From Podarcis gaigeae (Eukaryota), in assembly GCA_964106915.2 (NCBI GenBank), contig OZ066920.1: DNA of 64,000 nucleotides, one strand, 5' to 3'. Numbering within the stretch: position 1 is the first letter of the stretch; every line of letters begins with the position of its first letter. This document shows positions 1 to 13,935 of the stretch, piece by piece. Both the position numbers and the translations under genes were made by a program. Under the pieces are notes generated by a model, which was not told the origin of the DNA, ran no database searches, and was given only the letters and a program-made list of their open reading frames with translations.

Positions 1-1696
1 TTAGACATGCTACTTGCTTTGAAGTCAGTTCCATAGATGTCGAAGAGAATTCCAAGCACATATGTTTAGGATCAAGATTAGTCCTATTCAGTACAAATAA
101 ATTGGCTTAAATCCTAATACTTTGGCTTAAAATTAAATGTGGTTTGGGTTGTCAGCCCATTCTAGACCTATAAACGTGGTTGAATTTGCATGAGGGTTAT
201 TTTTCTCCCGACCTGGAAGCATGCAACATGTTTACAAACAGGAAGCAGTTCATTATATTCATATTTATCACAACATCTGTAATGTCAACCAGGGGTCAAG
301 TCATTACACTAAATTTATTGTAACCATTATTAATGCATGTAGGCTTGTGCCTCAGTTATGATATAAGACTGCTGTTTCCTGATTAAAAGCTGTTTGGCAA
401 TGCCGAGATAGAATACAGATTCTCCCTGCCTCATGGTGACTGACAGCAGCTTCTGGTATTCTTCTTTTTTTCTGGCAGTGGAGTATATTAATATGAACAC
501 ACCTTGCAGAGTAGGCTCAGAGCTGCAAGAAGTATAGAATGCAGAAAACTGTCTAATTTCAGCAGGCACAACTGTGCCTCCATAAGGTAGCCAAATTTAT
601 CACGGCACATTACAGAATGCAACAAATGTCATGAAAGCCATTGTTTTTTAATTTTTTTCCCTGGGTGTCTGAATGAGGTGATTTATGGTAGTTATCCATC
701 TTAAGGGTCATCTATCAATTTTTAGTTGCTAGGCAATCAAACTAGCAGCTGTTTGCTTTGAATCAAGCTGAAAAGTTGTCAGTCATCGCATGCAGGTATG
801 ACCTTAGTGGTTAAATGCATTACCATGCATGCAAAATTAAAAGAAACAATGTCCTCCATTTCACCCATCATGTATGGCATATTGTAAGGCTTAACGATAA
901 TTGTAGTACAAAATGAAGTGGTGAAAAAGGAGTTTGTGTGCACAACATACTAGACAATACCTTCTGTTTTCCTCCCAAAATAGCTAGTTATATCTTTTCT
1001 GCATGGAACGTTGTTTTCCCTGTTATCCCTTTCCTTTCTAAGAAGTGATTGTTTTGAAGACAGCGGCAAAAGGGAGACAAGGTCATCTTCTAAGATACAA
1101 ATTCCTAGGATGGTGGAACCTCCCTACTATTCCAGGAGAAATTTTGCTCATACGTTGCAGTTTTCAGGGACCTTAAACATTGCATTGACACAAATGTTTA
1201 GCATTGGGGAAGCCATATTCTATTAATGAAAACTAGATTACCATGGCTGCGATCCTAAGCACGCTTACTAGCAATAAATTCCAATGAGCTATGTGGAACT
1301 TTCTACTGGGTAAAAATACTTAAGATTTCAGTGTGTCCATGTGTGTCTCCTGCAGTCAGCTTGCTAATGTTATCTTGAGAGGATAAATATAAGAAAGAGA
1401 AAAACTATTGTGCAAGCCATACTCGGGCTTTGTAAGCAGATGATTCTAGTGACAGCACCACACGACGATCATTTTTGAAGCGTTCACATTCTGCTCAACT
1501 ACTGCTTGTTAGTATCCGGATATACTAATGCCCTGCTATTAGTATACAAAGTGCTTTACAATCTTTTATACCATCTGTCCTCGTAACAAATTGTGAGGGT
1601 AGGTCTTTAACATTCCTGTTTTGCAGAAGGAGCACTGAGGTCGAAGGATAGTGATTTAAAACAGAAGTATGTGTGGTACAGTGCTTGCTACTGACT

Positions 1697-1905
1697 AAGC
1701 ATCAGGAAGAACTTTCTGACAGTAGGAGCTGTTCGACAGTGAAACGGTTTCCCTCGGGAGGGGACGGACTCTTTTTCTTGGAGGTTTTTAAGCAGAGATT
1801 ATGTGGCCATCTGCCATGTATGATTTAGATGAGATTCCAGCATTGCAGAGGGTTGAGCTAGATGACCCTTGGGGTTCCTTCCAGATCTGCAGTTCTATGA
1901 TTCTT
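1697..1905 (+). mobile_element. CR1 LINE 3' end
   Basis: aggaagaactttctgacagt...gaggtttttaagcagag...ctagatgaccctt...ccttcca...ttctatgattct tail. Confidence 0.8.
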
Positions 1906-4900
1906 TGAAAGGCAGTCATCACCACTTCTTTATATTGCAATCTATACACAATTTTGTGTCTGCCTGGTCAACTGCTGACATCCTCCAAAATACGGAAAAA
2001 TAAATAAAATGAAAGCCTCAAGAGAGTGTAACTGCTTTTGAAAATCTAAACAACTCAACCTACCCTGGAAATATTATACAGGGTTTGATTCAGAGGATTC
2101 CGGACAGCATTTGAAGAGAATTGATTTGCAGATGGCTTCAGCAAGGAGGGCAAAGCTGTGTTTAAATGATCCTTCAATGCAAGAATTTAGACCAATGTCA
2201 GAAAAGTTCACATCCTGTACGTTCTAGTTAATAAGAAATGGCACCTATCCACAACAATAATTTTGTACACCCCTCGCACCCCCCCCGGCTGTTGAAGAAA
2301 GAACTTCTCTGAGTTGTCAAGAAGCTTCATAGAAGAAAAGGGAGAGAAGCTTTTAACCATGTGTACTGTGCATTTGTGACACCATGTTTATTTTGAGTTG
2401 TTTTGGGCACGGTTCACCATGGAAAAGTGACATATAAATTAAACTGAACTAAACTAAAAATATGCTTCTTGAAATTGCTTGAACTTGAAGCATTATGTGC
2501 AGCTCTGTGTATCAGATAAATCAGCAGTAAAACTCTGACCTGTGACATGCTCCTGAGAGTTCTTGCCAAAACACTACTGCAGTGATTCTACTGGATACAA
2601 CACTGCTTTCAGTAGATGCACTCTATCTTGATCAACAGTGCTAAACAGGACAAGGGCTCAGCAGCCTTGACAATTTTTTCCCCCTTTTGGGTTCGTAGCT
2701 TCAGCTGACTGCATATAGGCAGAGCATTCCAAAGGTGGTGATGGTAGATTCTTTTACACAGAAACTGTCATTACTTAAAACCTGCTGGCTCGGTCCAGCC
2801 AGGGCAAAAGGCATTGTGGACAGGGGAATTATTTCCTTCTCCTAAAATTCAGACTTCATTTTGTTAAGAGTCCTGGGAATTGTAGCTTTGTGGGGGGTAA
2901 ACTACAGTTCGCAGGATTCTGTGTGGGGAAACCATGACTATTAAATTGTTTTAAATGTGCTTTAAATGTGTGCTATAGGTGTAACACAATTTGCTCGCCT
3001 CTGTTGAAGTAGGAAATATGGATTTAAAAAGCCCACACAACACATTTGGGAACTATGCACACTTTTGAGGAAACTGATGCAAAGTTGTACTGGTGATAAA
3101 ACCCTTGTGCTTCTTTAAAACAATTACCAATTTTAAATTATTATTATTATACTATTTTCAGATAGGTTTATAAAACCAAACATAGCATAAACATGGAAAG
3201 TAAGAAAAATAAAATAATTAGAGCCTTTACATAAAATAAGGATCAGTGAAAATCTACAGCACATGCGTGGAAGCTAGTGCCATGCATACAAATAAATCAA
3301 ATGATGGACCCATGATAAATAAGGCATGGCCTGGTAATCACTTTCCATAGTGAACTAGAAAGCTTCACCAGACATTGAGATTACTAGTCTTTGCTGTGAA
3401 TATATAATTTTATATTTTCCAGGCTTTGCTGGTGGTCTATCCATACTTTTGATAAGTGTGATTGATGAGACAACTAGGTAGGCAGAAAAGTTTAGCCTTG
3501 TGGTAACAAGACCATGGATTATCTGGTCCAGTATTCTGTTTTCTCAGTGTCTAATGAGATTCCAGTGGGAAGCTCACAAGAAGGACCTGACGGCAACATC
3601 ACCCTCCCCACTTGAGCTCCCCAGTAACTAGTATTCAGAAGCTTGCTGCAGTTGCCTAGGTCATTATGTTTTCAGCTGTGCAGAATCTAACTTGACAAGC
3701 TAGTGACAATCTGTACTGTGTGTAGGAGTTTTGGGTGCTTGCAAAAGTGTGTTTTGCTTTTCCACTTTCCCCACTGATGTGGTGAGAGCTAGTTTGTGCA
3801 AGTGTACTTCCTTTGTTGAAAAGATGCTATGGATGTGCCCCGAAGTCTCAGTGTCTCCCACTCCAACTCTACTGCAGAGGAAGTCAGAGGTGTGATATAA
3901 CTCCCAAGAGTAATGAAAGGGTGGTTGGCAACCATGGATTTGATGCTGCTCGGTATGTAGTTTGTGACACAGAATTTCCGCTTGAGGTATTTTTATTTTT
4001 CTTATTTTTTGCTATAAGCCGCTTCAACTTTTTCTTAGCTCTCGGCTCCTGGTTGTCATTTTGCTGCTTGAAGGAGGCAGGGTTTTGTTTTCATTTTTTC
4101 TTTCTTTCAAAGCATTGAATACCACAACACTGCTTCATCTGGCTAGCAATTCTCTTTTGTAGTCTTGGACTGGGGTGGTTAGCACTAGTAAGGGATATAA
4201 TGTTTATTCTGGAATACATTGAAGGCAAACCTCTATAATGGCTGGAGTTTGGTCTATATATCTATATGAGTGACTTATAGACTACTTGATCACAATAGGT
4301 CAGGTTTCAATGATATGGCTTTTTTTTTCAGCTGGAGCTCACTGGATCTCAGCTCCAGCTCTTGTCACGTGGGCGCCATTGCCATTTAAGAAAATAAGGG
4401 AGAGGTTCATGGTGAGTTCCAAGCACCTATTTTTCTAGAAAAATCGCACTGCTGATATTAATCCCTGTCCTCAAGGGCTCAAAGCTAAAGGGTAGCAAGG
4501 AGTTGTAAGAAAGATAAGATCCCAAAATAGCCTATATCAACATAATAAAAATTAATAAGAGCCATGTTCTATCATTCCCTCTCTCTTGTATCTGATTCAT
4601 CTCACTCAGGAGCCACCAGGCTCACACCTCACACTTTGGAATAGTGTTTTCCCACAAGGAACCTCTGGAAGGTAAGGTGGGGAGGTAGTACTGTTGGATG
4701 TGGGCATTGTCATTCCATATTAATTCAAAAAAATCAATAAAATATTGTTGTTTTAAAAAAAGAGTAGTCAGTGTGGTGACAGCCAGGTGTTGCTGAACTA
4801 TGAATCTTATCAGCCCAGTCCAGCATGGCCAGTGGTTGGAGATAAAGCAAGTTGTGGTCTAACAATATATGGAGGGCACTGTTTGTTTCTACTGAACTAG

Positions 4901-7900
4901 CTGATATTCCTTTTTCTCTACCTTCTCTTCTTCACCATATTTTTGTTCAGCAAGGAGCTGAAACTTCTTCTTCCAACCCAGTTGCAGTCACTCAGCCCAA
5001 TGCTCAACCTTCGTGGTTTTCAACTTCTTTAATTCTACCAGAGCTGGGAATTGTCTGCTATCAAATGCATGTCTTTCAACACAGAAATCACAGAGCTTAC
5101 AAAAGAGGTCTCTGTACATCTTTATTTGTTTTGTTTGTTTTGTTTTGTTTTGTTTGAGAGTACAGAACTAATTTCCAAAGCAATCTGAATGTTTTTTCAG
5201 CCTGGAAGTAATGTTTTATGTAACAGATGGGGCATACTATTTTTGAGGTGGAATGTCAGACAAAGGAGATGAGTTTCTATTCTGGATGACCAAAGCTCTC
5301 TCCAGAGATTGGGTAGGAAAGGAAGGGGAGGAGGAAAATACAAGAAGGGGTTGAACTATAGCTGATGCTTCTGTATAAGCTTTCTGCAGTTATTTGAGAC
5401 TGGACACTTGTAAACTTTGTTTGTCATATGAGAGTAACTAATTCTGCTGCAACGTTTGGCAAACAGAAAAACGTATGTTTTCCGTTTTGTTCGTTTATCA
5501 AATTTGTTCCACCAGAGAAGTCAAGCCAGCATACACAGAGTTATCCCTGTGTTTTTATTAAAATTGGTAAATTATGACAGAAAAGGAAATCATTTGCATG
5601 CAGACAAAAGGAAATAATGGAAAAAGCCCCTCTAAAATAATATGTAGCATAATATCAAGCAAGAGAAGACACAATTACAATATTTTCGTTTGGTGAGTCC
5701 GTACGTGAATTCCTTAGTTATCTCATTTCATCTTTCCAACAACCATTTGAGGCAGGCTACTCTGAAAGAGGAAGTACGTTCAAAAGGTATGGCGATAATC
5801 ATTAGGATAGATAGCTTTAATAAAGCACTATGAGAACTCAGGAAGGAGAAGTATTTCAATCTGGTGGTGCTGTCCCCCTAGAATTTAAAACCTCTTGGGT
5901 AAGTGGGGAGTATGTGACACCGGTGTGAAAAGTGGGATTGTGTTCCCTTGAGAGAAAATGAGAACTGATGTGATTGAATGTAAGAAATAGCAGCAGATGG
6001 TGGAAACCAGTTGGTGATCTTGTTCTCCCTGAAGGGCTTCTGTTTCAGCTAACAGAAGGGGAAAGCAGACAGCTTTTGCAGATTTCCCCTCCCCTGTGCA
6101 GTTGCCAGCACCCCCTAAAAACTGAGTTGAGGAACCTTCCAGAACAGGGTTGAAGGTGGCATGGAGATATGGAGGGAAAAAGGAGAACTGGCAAAAACGT
6201 CCTCCCCTCCCTTTTTATTAGCAGAGGTGTCCACTGGATCAAAAGCCATGGTATCCACTGGATCAAAAGTGACAGGGCACTAATTGATTTCTCACAATAC
6301 TCTAGGTACAAAAGCTTCAGAAGAAGTTTGTAGAAAACCTTAAAGTAAACCTGAAGATGTCTGTGCAAGAGCAAGTTAGATAACCAGCTATGAGGCATGA
6401 AGGCTAACCCCAAAGCCGGTGGAGTGCTGTAGTCAATAGCTGAGAATCGAAACAAGGGGACACTAGAAATTGGTAGTTTTGAGGAGACATCGACAGATGA
6501 AGTAAATGGTGTGTGTTGGTTGAAGATGAAGCATCATCTTGGAGTTCAGGATCTGTCTAGTGCAGAGTGGCAGATACTCTGTTCCTTGCTTCCATTTATG
6601 GTTGTAATGTTAAGGGAACCCTGTCTGTGTTTTATACATTCCAGTTCACCAGAGTCAGGAGCAGTTCCAGTCTAGGTTTTACAAAAAGCCCAGGAGCTCT
6701 TGATATGGGACCTGAGGCATTTGAAGAGAGATTTCTGGTGGGCTTTTCCCATGTCCTATATGTGTGTGTTAGAGTTTGTTCCAATTAAAGTCATCTTGTC
6801 ACCATCAGTCGAGTAAAGAGTTGATCTTACAGTGGTATGCTTGCATGTTGCAAATAAATTAGGGCCCCTCTGGGCATCTTTCTCTTTCATAATGACTTGT
6901 GTGCATGATGATATTGGGATGGCTATACACGATCTTGCTTTCAATACTGCACCTGCAAACGTTTCAGGACAGACATAGTTCCTGTTACAAATGTAACATG
7001 TTTGTTTGCTCCTTCTTTTGTTGCACTGTAGTGCAGGTGTGTCCCTCCAAACAGCAATAATGTGCTAACGTTGCGGAAGCATTACAGAAACACTAATGAA
7101 ATGGAAAGATGTGTGGATGGTCCAGTATAATTCCACCTGTAATGCACTGATGACATGGCAGATTATACACACACACAAACAAACAAGCCAAACAAAACCA
7201 GCTTGGAGCCCCCCCCCCCCGACATTACAAAGACAGCCTAATTTCCCCAATGCTCTCTCACCCAAACTAAATCTGTTATCACTGTCCTCTGGAATAGCTC
7301 ATGCCTAGTGGAAGAACAGACCATGTGTTTTCTTGTGCTTTTCGATCTTTAAAAAATGTACAGTATTTCACTGTGTTGTGATAGAAAGGATTTTGTGGGT
7401 GCTTCCAAACCCAGACATTTAAAAGATGCCCTGAATTGGTGTGCCTTACTGCTGCAAGCCACGTGGAGATTCCTTCTAATGCAAAAAGATTAGCAGGATC
7501 AATCCAAGGGGTACAGGCCAGATCAGAAATTGTAGCACTAAAGCATACACTAGTACGTCTTCCTTAGATATTCATTTTCTGTTTTAGTGCCACAGGCATT
7601 GGAAAACTTCCACCTAGACACAGCCTGAGAGTCTGATTTGAGTGTTTGAGATGAGCTTTACCTAGGTTATAAATTTCTTTTCCACGGATAAACGTTTCTC
7701 AGCATTGACATGCTCCCCCCCCCTTTTTGATGAACTTTAACCATTTTTTCTGTTTTAAAATTAATTACTAGCCCAGCTGTTTTAAAATTCTGCTGTTCCA
7801 CTACCCTGTGCACTTTTGCTCTGCAATTTTATTTGCTACAAATGATCAAAGCATTCTGTGGTTTTTCTTGGATCATGGAAATAAATAAATTGGATAGTGT

Positions 7901-8748
7901 CAAGCACTGAAAATGGACAGGCAATCAAAAGTCAAATTCAGTAGAAAATACAGGTGAAAATAACTAAACAGTGATCACGAAGAACATAGAACAATGTGTC
8001 ATTGCTATCAAAATACTGAAATGTGAAAGAGGAAAGTTGCTCACAACTCTGGTACAAAATGTCATGTTGCTGTGATCATTTTATTTACTTGGTTGTAAAC
8101 TTTTGATAAATTACATCAGCCAAATGGAATATTTACTTTCCATTTGGAAATATTTAAATTGATGACTTTATTTCCTGAGCGTGTGTGACCTCTCATGCAT
8201 GTATGTAGAGCAGGCTATTGTTTTTCTCTGGTAAAGTTAGTTTTCTCGGTCTATTTTGCTAAGAGAAGTGAACTTCACGTAAGCCGCCTGCTTAGGTGGA
8301 TACTTAATGGTGGTTATACCACTATGACAAAATCTTGTTGTAAGTGATTATTACATGACAAAGCAGTAAAGCAGTTTATTACTAGAAGTTGTGAATTATA
8401 TTCATTGTGTTGTGTTTGAGTAGCATTCTTTTGGCATAATGTGCTCAGCTCTCAACCAGTAATCTGAGAACGGACCTATATATGGCCAATAGAACTAAGT
8501 TACCATTAATACTCTTTGTATTAACAGGTCGGAGAGCATATTCTCTTCCAGTGCATACGGTTTATCATTGATAATTTTACTTACATGTTGACTTCCAGTG
8601 CAGTAAAATTACTGCCTGCAGGCCCAGTTACAGACCACAAATGACTAGAGAATAAATAATATTGCTAGTATGATAATCTCTTACAGTTGGTATTTGGCTT
8701 TCCTGTGATATAGCAGCAGTGGAAGTTTCTGTTAGCAGGATTCAAGTA

Positions 8749-8981
8749 CAGTGGTACCTCGGGTTACAGACACTTCGGGTTACACGTTTTCAGGTTACGG
8801 ACTGCGGGAAACCCGGAAGTACCGGAAAGGGTTACTTCCGGGTTTTGCTGCATGCGCGGAAGCGTTAAATCGTGCTTTGCTCATTTGCAGAAGCGCCAAA
8901 TCGCGTCACGTGCATGTGCGGACGCAGAGCTGCCGGTTACAAATGCTGTGGGTTGCGGACGTGCAACCCGAGCTTCCACTG
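8749..8981. mobile_element. Tc1/mariner-type MITE
   Basis: TIR CAGTGGTACCTCGGGTT / AACCCGAGCTTCCACTG, TA on both sides, CpG-rich with internal hairpin. Confidence 0.88.
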
Positions 8982-10028
8982 TATTTTGAAACAGAAGGGT
9001 AGGATGCTTCTTTCAAAAACTGTTTTGCCAGAAAATAATTTTTGTTGGTTTACTTATTTTCCACTGTCTAGCAAAATTAAGATATGTGAGATGTATGTAT
9101 CGCAAATGAGTTCCCTTCTGTTTGGTAGGATTCTGCTTAGTCGCAATTCATTTAATGTTGAGATTACATAAATGTAGAGAGGTTGAGACTAACTTCAATT
9201 AGAACTGAACATATTCCTTAGAATTGTAGGCAGTAGCATTATGGTAGTGCAGTAGGGTTGTCCACAGTGATACCTGCCTGGTTTTCAGTTTCTGTCATCT
9301 TCCCTCTCTCTCTCACCCCCTCCTCTTTCTTCCCTGCACTTCATTTAAAAAAATCTGCAAGAATTGCACACCTTTCCTGCACTTTTCTATTTTATTTTAT
9401 TTAAATATATATTTAAGTATTATTCTTTTACAGCTCCGAAATATATGTATTAAATCTGCCTTAATTCCCTTGTACCTCCAGCAATGTTTCAGCCAAAAAA
9501 ATTGCTAATTGTGTGTGGAGTACCATTGGAATATTGTTTTAGGTTTGTTGTCCTTCAGTTCCCTTTTTCTTTTAAAAAGCTCTTTATTTGTAAAGCCTTC
9601 TTTGAGCTGTTCACACACAATTTTTCAAAACCAAAACCTAACATAAGCATAAACGTGAACAGTATCAAAACCAAAATAGAGTGTATACATAAAATGAGCA
9701 GAACACAAGATCTAGAGCAATGAAAGTTACAGTCATAATTGCAAAGAAAGTGAGTGCTAGAGAAGTGACAAATACGTAAGGCATGCTATAGGGAACACCT
9801 CTGAATGTGAACTATAGAGCCATGAGGCAGAACTTGCAAGGCTTTAACATGCATGTATCATTTTATATTTCTGGGAGTTTGCTGCTGATCTAGCAAGGCT
9901 CCTGTCATACTAATTAGACCCCAAATAAGCAGAAAGGCCTTTGCTGCAGCTCTGCCCATGATAGCTTTAATTTGGTACATAAGCTTCGTGAACCTGAGAA
10001 TATCCCATGCTTTGTGAAATAATTGGAC

Positions 10029-10068
<40 letters not shown>
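10029..10068. repeat. (TAA)n microsatellite
   Basis: ~13 perfect units. Confidence 0.95.
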
Positions 10069-10069
<1 letters not shown>

Positions 10070-10949
10070 GTTAGTCACTTTTTTTCCACAGAATTTAGGG
10101 TGTGCATGAGGAAATCCAGTTTCTAGGTATAAATAAGGAAGGGTGGATGTTTATTTAAATATCACCCTATTGATGTTAACTTTTTTGCATTTATTGTTAC
10201 ATATGTGATAATGGATAACTTACATGATGCACAATTTACTTCATTTTGCATTTTTAGATTTCTCACTACTATAGTTTTGTGACTAAATCTGAGTCGGGAA
10301 CAAAGACAGTAATCCAGAACTATGCAAAATGGGTCGGATTTCTTTCCAAAGTCATTTTTTGTAGCAGATGAACATGAAGTTGCACGTTTTGCTTGGATAC
10401 ACACTGAAAGTGTCTCAACTCAGCACAGACCTGCACTAAATATCTAATCTAGTGCCAACACACTTTCATGTCTGATTGACAGATGTGTGTATCTGCTCAG
10501 CATCTTGCTAGACCGAACAAAAGAAGTATGGTTTCTAGGTGAAGTATGTGCCTAGCTAACTGGTATGATTGCTACGAAACGTAATTATTAATTTCCTGTA
10601 CCATGTGCCTTTAATAATTAGCAACACACAGGAAAGGGACAGTTCCAGAATTAACACCCATTTGAGGGTTTCAAATTTGAAGTAACTTGAATTGTTCAAA
10701 AGCCTTGAAGCAAAATACCACACACACCCTCCCAAAAGGTGCCTTGTCTACAAGACAGGTTTAGAAATATTTTTTTCCAGGGGAATTAGTGTCTATCATG
10801 GTTCTAATCTAGAGGTAAGTATATGGTTAGTAACTTTCAATGCAATATTAGCAAACTATATTAGTGTGTAACCAGAAGAAATAAACTGGACAATATTTCA
10901 TGGTTAATTTTCTAAATTGCCTTCATTTTTATTACTTGACTTCATTTTT

Positions 10950-11120
10950 ACCCCGGGCCCAAATCAAACTGCTGGTTTTGACCTATGAAGCCTTAAACAG
11001 CTCAGGACCACAATATCTCACGGTCTACCTCTTCCCATATGAACCGACCCAAACCCTGCAATCATCATCTGAGGCCCTTTCTTGCATGCCTCCTCTACGA
11101 GATGTCTGGGGGGTGGTGAT
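10950..11120 (+). mobile_element. L2 LINE ORF2 C-terminal fragment
   Basis: RAQIKLLVLTYEALNSSGPQYL...PYEPTQTLQSSSEAL, typical of L2 ORF2 end. Confidence 0.75.
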
Positions 11121-11821
11121 GTTTAGAAAGATGCTGGATGCAGATAGTGAGAGTCATAGGCCTGGCCTAGGTTCACTCTCCAAACTAACTCCTATTTTGG
11201 ATGAAGAATATTTCATAGTGGTCTGGTGGCAGAGAAATAACTCTGTGATACAGCTCAGAAAATGTTTTTTTCAGACAGAAGTCTTAAGGCCCTATGTAAT
11301 ATAGAGATCAAACGCCCTAAAGATGAGCAGGTTGATGACATTTCATTGGCAGCCCGTGACATCTAAAAGCTGAACATTGCAGAACTTAATTAGTCTGAAC
11401 ATAATTAGTTATAAGAGGTACCTGACAGAGCATCAAATCAGTGCAAAAGATCTTTGGTTGGATTTAGGACCCCTTTGAGGGGTTGGGGATAGAATGAAGA
11501 AAATTGCATCTGGTGCATTGCAAATGAATGATGCCAAACTTAATTATTAAAGAAGAAACATGAGATCAAGCACAGAGAAATGAGCGTGTGTCTCAGTCTT
11601 TATGGTTTGAGCACAGCTGTCCTGGACAAAATCTTGACTTTGGTGTGGTAGCATCAAGAGTGACATCAAGAAATGATGGAGATGCAGAGGATACATGAGG
11701 AAAGAACATCAGCTTCAGGAAAAAGAGGGGGGAAATGACACCGGGGGGGTTGGGTTTGCTCATCTGGAAGAGTCAGAGATGAAGACAGATTTTGAGAGTT
11801 GGTGAAACAGCAAAGCAAATG

Positions 11822-12340
11822 GAAGAAAAATGGAAGAAGCAAAGATTACCAGTGTCGAAGCAGTGATTCTTCAACATCAACTTTGTTGTACTGGTCATTT
11901 TGTGCGGATGCCCGATGATCGTCTTCCAAAGCAACTACTCTATTCCGAACTTAAAAATGGAAAGCGTCATGCTGGTGGTCAACAAAAGAGGTTTAAAGAC
12001 TGTCTCAAGGCAAATCTAAAAAAGTGTAGTAGAAACACTGACAACTGGGAAACATTGGCCTGCGAGTGCTCCAGTTGGAGAACAGCTTTTATCAAAGGTG
12101 CTATGATTTTTGAAGACACTCAAACTCAGCACGCAAGGGAGAAACGTGCTAGGAGGGAGGCACGCTTGGCAAATCCACACCGTGATCAACTCCTGCCCGG
12201 AAACCAATGTCCCCACTGTGGAAGGACGTGTGGATCCAGAATTGGCCTGCACAGTCACTTACAGACTCATTGTTAAAACTGTGTTTATGGAAGACAATCT
12301 TACTCGGCTACAAGTGATCGCCAAAGAAGAAGAAGAAGAA
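11822..12340 (+). mobile_element. 5'-truncated RTE-clade LINE with C-terminal zinc finger and (GAA)n tail
   Basis: GHFVRMPDDRLPKQLLYSELKNGKR..GGQQKRFKD..W..CPHCGRTCGSRIGLHSHLQTH; TSD AAAGCAAATG at 11812-11821 and 12341-12350. Confidence 0.88.
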
Positions 12341-13774
12341 AAAGCAAATGTGAATTGGAATGGCACCAACTGAAAAAGAAACCAGCAGCCGTGGAGTGCC
12401 CAGATTTCCACTCTGTGCCTGTTGACATCACTCCAGTCCAGTGGTTGAGATACCTTACTAACAGAGACCATGAAAGTTTGTGCTGTAGTGATACTTGTGA
12501 GTGAAAACATTTCTGCTTTATATGTTGCTGTAACTTGCTCCCCGGTGCTGTAGAACAGCACCCTCTGCCCCACAGGGCTAACAAACACCATCTGCCTTGT
12601 GGGGGGAAATAAGAGAGCCGGGGCAGAAAAAAACCCACCCTCGGACATGGAGCGTTAAAGTGCAGACTTCTGCTTGGAAAGAACGGGGCAAAAGGCAAAT
12701 GTGTGTATGCCCTAAACTGGATGGATCTTGGTTGGATGCTGTATGGCAGTTCTTATGCTCTTATACCAGAGATAAGAAACGTGAGGCCCTCCAAATGTTG
12801 TTGGACTTCAGCTATCATCCATGATATCATTAGCCATGCCAGCTGGGACTGGTGGCAGTTGGAGTCCAATAGCATTTGAAGGGCCTCACAAAGTTCTTAC
12901 ACAATAAAGGAAAAGGAAGGTTTGATTCAGTTTGGGTTTAGTTCAGTTTGACTGCCAGAATGTTGTTACTATTCTCCTAAAAGATGTTTCAAGTTCATCC
13001 TTAGCAAATATTTGCTTTGTAAAGGCATGTTCATCACATTCTGGTCTCCAGTATGTTGATACTAACCCATCCTCAAATCACAGCTGAGCATAAGTAGATA
13101 ATAGGCTTTATAAGTGTATTTGTTTTGTTTGTTGGTGCTGTACTGGTGTAATCATAAAGTAGGTTTGAACTTTCATGTCCCTTTATCCTCTAGTGATGGA
13201 CAAACTTAATGAAACAGGAATTAATACTAGGATAGGCCTATAAATGTGTTTTTAGGGTCACACTGTGTGGGTTAAATTGGAACATTTGTGTGGGTACACA
13301 CACATATGAGTAGTATTAATCAGAGTAGAATGTGGCAGAATACAGTGGATTTTTAACCCTTTTGCTGTTACAGTTATTGTTGATTCACTGTATTTGTGCC
13401 TAGGAAAGTATCTTTGTCCAGGTCTGATAGACATACAGTATATATGACAATACTATTTTCCTTTCCAGCACAACCAAACACGAAGATACGGTGAATAGGA
13501 TTGGAGTAAATTTGTGTTCTGCTGTATGTGTTAATATCTAAGAATCCCACTGTAATCTCTGTTAGAAATTCTATTGTAATCTCTGCCTCCATTGCAACAA
13601 TCAGTTGCAAAATGAAATTTCAGTGACTGGATTTCCTGTACTGTATATGAAATGAAGATGATTGCATAGAACATAAATGTGCCAGCAAGACAGATTTGCA
13701 TATGGAAGTAGGTTTCTGCATGTGCAGCATGTATGGTTGTCCATTCACTTTCTGATATTTGCCAAGGTTTTGTA

Positions 13775-13935
13775 AGACAGAGTTAGATCAATGGCTAAAC
13801 TAGCTCAGTACTGTTTAAACTGACTGCTAGTGGCTTATCCAGGATTTCAGATAGGAGTTTTCCCTAGCTTTGGAAATGCCAGGGATTGAACCTGGGACTT
13901 TCAACATCAAGGCAGATGCACTACCACTGAGCTGT
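13775..13935 (-). mobile_element. Old tRNA-derived SINE
   Basis: Reverse B box (gggattgaacctggga) and A box (ctaccactgagct) with LINE-like tail. Confidence 0.6.

Noticed and set aside
11830-12276. 148-aa zinc-finger host gene
   Set aside because: It is the C-terminus of an RTE LINE ORF with tail and TSD
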